Below are positions 60,904 to 64,000 of a DNA stretch of 64,000 nucleotides, one piece after another. The notes beneath the pieces were generated by a model, which was not told the DNA's origin, made no database searches, and saw only the letters and a program-made list of their open reading frames with translations. Each line of letters begins with the position of its first letter. Position 1 is the stretch's first letter. The translations under genes and the position numbers were made by a program. The stretch covers positions 224,001 through 288,000 of the forward strand of contig CAVWXH010000003.1 of the NCBI GenBank assembly GCA_963758915.1. Direction: 5' to 3'. The DNA is from an uncultured Methanomicrobiales archaeon. Lineage in GTDB: Archaea; Halobacteriota; Methanomicrobia; Methanomicrobiales; Methanospirillaceae.

Positions 60904-61688
60904 TCAGGGAATTATTCACAGTCCCCCGCCTTACCGGGAACGCATGGACCGTCTGGCGGCGTAACCTTGATGTGTTCCTGAAAACCTGGCGGGTCAACCT
61001 TGTACCGCCCTTCATCGAACCATTCCTTTACCTCATTGCACTCGGGTTCGGACTTGGCGGGTTTGTGGGGTATATCGGGGATGTCCCCTATATTGACTTT
61101 ATTGCCCCGGCGATTGTCGCCGTATCAATAATGAATTCGGCATTTTTTGAGTGCACCTATGGTTCCTATGTCAGGATGTATTACGGAAAAACCTTTGATG
61201 CAATCATTGCGACGCCGGTTTCCATCGAAGAAGTAATTGCCGGGGAACTACTCTGGGGTGCGACACGGAGCATGATATACACGAGCCTCATGCTCCCGGT
61301 ACTTGTCCTGTTCGGGGTAGTGGATTTACCCTCCTCCCTGCTCCTCATCCCCTTTGCATTCCTCGGGGGGCTCCTGTTCGCCTGCATCGCAATGTGTTTT
61401 ACCGCGGTCACACCAAGTATCGATGCCCTGAATTACCCCTCATTCCTGTTCATCACACCGATGTTACTCTTTTCCGGGACATTCTTCCCGATAACCGTCC
61501 TTCCGCCGGCCCTGCAGGTCTTCGCCTATGCGGTCCTCCCCCTTACCAACGTGGTCAGTATCTGCCGTGGCCTCACGCTGACCATGTTTTCTCCCTTCAT
61601 GCTCTATAACCTGGCATGGATCGTTATCGTTACCGGGGCCCTTTTCCTCATCTCGGTTAACCTCATGAAACGCAGACTGGTCGTATAG
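60900..61688 (+). CDS. ABC-2 type permease (NodJ-like)
   Basis: EP.LYL..LG.GLG, FSG.FFP motifs; ATGA-coupled to ATPase. Confidence 0.9.
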   Translation: MIRELFTVPRLTGNAWTVWRRNLDVFLKTWRVNLVPPFIEPFLYLIALGFGLGGFVGYIGDVPYIDFIAPAIVAVSIMNSAFFECTYGSYVRMYYGKTFDAIIATPVSIEEVIAGELLWGATRSMIYTSLMLPVLVLFGVVDLPSSLLLIPFAFLGGLLFACIAMCFTAVTPSIDALNYPSFLFITPMLLFSGTFFPITVLPPALQVFAYAVLPLTNVVSICRGLTLTMFSPFMLYNLAWIVIVTGALFLISVNLMKRRLVV

Positions 61689-61912
61689 TAAAAGAAGGTA
61701 AAACAGGCATTCGGGGGGCAAAGCGGAGGGGCTGATCCCCAGGAGCCTGATTGTATTTCCGGCCTCCATAAGATCGGGAGGATTGATGTCAGATGATATC
61801 AACGAATTCCCATTCTGCATAAACTGCGGGACGAAAACGTTACCACCCGGCTCCCGGTAGCAAGATATCCCATACGGTAAAAACGATACAACAATAATCC
61901 GGGGATCCAGCC

Positions 61913-62575
61913 GTGTATACACTCCAGGAGATGCTGCTTGTCGCGTTTGCAATCGGACTTACCGGGGCATTAACCCCGGGTCCCACCCTGGTCGCGACCA
62001 TCAGGGCATCAGTTGAATATGGATGGTATGCAGGACCAGTCATCACCGCGGGTCACTGCCTTGTTGAATTTGTCATTTTTATCCTGATCCTTTTAGGCCT
62101 TATCACGGTAGCAGGCCAGTACTCGGTATTTATTTCCGCATTCGGGGGAGTTGCACTCGTAATTTTTGGGATTATGACAATCCTGGGGAGCCGTACCATG
62201 AGCCTTTCAGGTGTCCTGAAGGAAGGCGCCAGCGGGGCTGGAACCAGGGGGGGACCCGCCGGAGACAAGGGGATCAGGCAGGTATTCCTGTCCGGGGTGC
62301 TTACCAGCCTTGCAAACCCTTTCTTCTGGGTCTGGTGGTTATCCATAGGGAGTGCAATGGTTGTGGCCGGCCTTGAAGGGGGGCTCATACTCGGCGCAGC
62401 GTTCCTTGTCGGACACTGGGTTGCAGACATTGCCTGGTTCACCATGGTATCGGTCACCATCCACCAGGGAAGGACATTGCTTTCGGATACCTGGTATCGT
62501 GCAATAAACACGTTATGCGGGGTATTCATGGCCTTATTTGGCATATGGTTCTTTTCTGTTGCGATCTCCGGGTAG
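61913..62575 (+). CDS. LysE-family translocator
   Basis: GALTPGP, GH..VE, SLANPFFW.WW motifs. Confidence 0.87.
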   Translation: MYTLQEMLLVAFAIGLTGALTPGPTLVATIRASVEYGWYAGPVITAGHCLVEFVIFILILLGLITVAGQYSVFISAFGGVALVIFGIMTILGSRTMSLSGVLKEGASGAGTRGGPAGDKGIRQVFLSGVLTSLANPFFWVWWLSIGSAMVVAGLEGGLILGAAFLVGHWVADIAWFTMVSVTIHQGRTLLSDTWYRAINTLCGVFMALFGIWFFSVAISG

Positions 62576-62670
62576 CAGGAGAGAGACGGGAAAAATTACA
62601 AAAAAACGATGGTTAGGCAGACCTGCTCCGATTACAATTCGATAATGCAAGAATGCAGACGGGAGAGCGT

Positions 62671-63477
62671 TTACGCTCCACCCGGGCCATTCGTGGCTGC
62701 CCGCATTGAAACAGCATAATTTTTAAGTTCGTTCTTCATGCATTCCGGTTCATCCCTGTGCTTTTCAATAATTGAAACAATTGCACTTCCAGCAATTGCT
62801 GCATCAGCACCGGCATTATGGAGCTCAGCGGCATGGGCAGGGGTTGCTACACCGAAACCAACAGCGAGCGGCATACGGGTCTTTTCCCTCATATAACGGA
62901 CGAATGCCGTCGTCCCGGGGGGCAGGGCGGATAAGGCACCGGTTACACCCGTATGGGAAACAAGGTAGAGAAATCCCTGCGCATTTTCCAGTATCCGTTC
63001 CAGCCTTTCCGGCGAGGTCGTCTCGCAGACCATATATATCTGGTCGATACCAGTCTTTGCTGCTGCCTTCATTACCGGCCCGGACTCTTCAACCGGCAAA
63101 TCGGCAACCAGTATTCCATCGACACCAGCCTCCCCTGCTTCTCTGTAGAACCGGGAAATTCCACGGTGATGGATAATGTTGTAATACGTCAGGAGCACCA
63201 CCGGTACCGTTGAAAACAACCTGATACGCCGGACAATTTCAAACACCCCATCCGGGGTCGCACCTGCAGCAAGTGCCCGGACATCAGCCCTCTGAATCAC
63301 GGGTCCATCCGCAACAGGATCAGAGAACGGGACACCTAATTCGATAATATCTGCCCCCCCTTCGACCAGGGCCCTTGCTGCTGCTACTGAACGTTCGAAA
63401 TCCGGGTCACACGCCACGATAAAAGCGATGAACAGCGGTCTTCCGGCGGACGTAAAAGTCTCTCCAATCCGTCTCAT
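62671..63477 (-). CDS. trpA: Tryptophan synthase alpha chain
   Basis: [36 protein letters not shown] motifs. Confidence 0.96.
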   Translation of the reverse strand: MRRIGETFTSAGRPLFIAFIVACDPDFERSVAAARALVEGGADIIELGVPFSDPVADGPVIQRADVRALAAGATPDGVFEIVRRIRLFSTVPVVLLTYYNIIHHRGISRFYREAGEAGVDGILVADLPVEESGPVMKAAAKTGIDQIYMVCETTSPERLERILENAQGFLYLVSHTGVTGALSALPPGTTAFVRYMREKTRMPLAVGFGVATPAHAAELHNAGADAAIAGSAIVSIIEKHRDEPECMKNELKNYAVSMRAATNGPGGA

Positions 63478-64000
63478 TGGAAACCCCCCTGTATTTCTGC
63501 CACCCCGGCAACATCCTTGTCACCCCTCCCTGACAGGTTGATGACCACGATCTCATCACGGGTGAATTCATCTTTCATCCTTCTTGCCGCAGCAATCGCG
63601 TGGGCAGACTCCATTGCTGGAATAATCCCTTCCCTCCGGGGGAGATAGCGGAAGGCTGAAAGGGCCTCGTTATCATTCACGGCGATATAGTGCACCCTGC
63701 CGGTGTCCTTGAGCATGCTGTGTTCCGGGCCGACACCCGGATAATCAAGGCCGGCAGATATACTGTGAGTCTCGGCGATCTGCCCGTTTTCATCCTGCAG
63801 GAGGTAGGAAAATGCCCCGTGTAGCACACCTGGAGTACCCCCGCAGAGCGTGGCCCCGTGTTCACCTGTCTTTGGGCCGTGACCCCCGGCTTCAGCCCCG
63901 GTCATAGTAACAGGGTCCCTGATAAACGGGTGAAACAACCCGATTGCATTTGACCCCCCGCCAACACAGGCGATCAGCCGGTCAGGGAGCCGCCCTTCCG
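63474..64000 (-). CDS. trpB: Tryptophan synthase beta chain, 5' part outside window
   Basis: [47 protein letters not shown] motifs. Confidence 0.96.
   Translation of the reverse strand, partial: EGRLPDRLIACVGGGSNAIGLFHPFIRDPVTMTGAEAGGHGPKTGEHGATLCGGTPGVLHGAFSYLLQDENGQIAETHSISAGLDYPGVGPEHSMLKDTGRVHYIAVNDNEALSAFRYLPRREGIIPAMESAHAIAAARRMKDEFTRDEIVVINLSGRGDKDVAGVAEIQGGFQ

Noticed and set aside
1-64000. CRISPR array, cas genes, integrase or transposase
   Set aside because: No regularly spaced direct repeats and no ORF with such motifs were seen; the only dispersed repeats are the four MITE-like copies

Overview
Archaeal chromosomal segment from a hydrogenotrophic methanogen, most consistent with Methanomicrobiales (Methanoregulaceae-like). 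This placement rests on mtd, mer, an echABCDEF operon, a PGF-CTERM S-layer gene of Methanomicrobiales type, Nop5/fibrillarin, Cbf5 and CCA-less tRNAs. Positions 1-10643 hold the minus-strand S10/spc ribosomal protein superoperon (rpl3 to partial rpl30, with RNase P subunit rnp1). Housekeeping and methanogenesis genes follow, with four tRNAs (Arg-TCG, Gln-CTG, Ser-GGA, Ile-GAT), and the window ends in trpBA. The most notable unexplained signals are: (1) a ~590-nt, densely base-paired non-coding leader upstream of rpl3; (2) four diverged copies of a 220-400 bp structured MITE-like repeat with IS903-like termini, all in convergent intergenic gaps; (3) a missed 45-aa Lys-rich gene that appears to start at ATA; (4) an ABC-ATPase plus stand-alone TOPRIM pair (OLD/PARIS-like defence candidate) beside an atypical M23 peptidase; (5) a VapB-like gene coupled to a non-PIN ORF under an AT-rich palindromic region. 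Two single-base frameshifts (thyA C-terminus, PEGA protein) may be sequence errors. All calls come from reading motifs by eye; no database searches were run.
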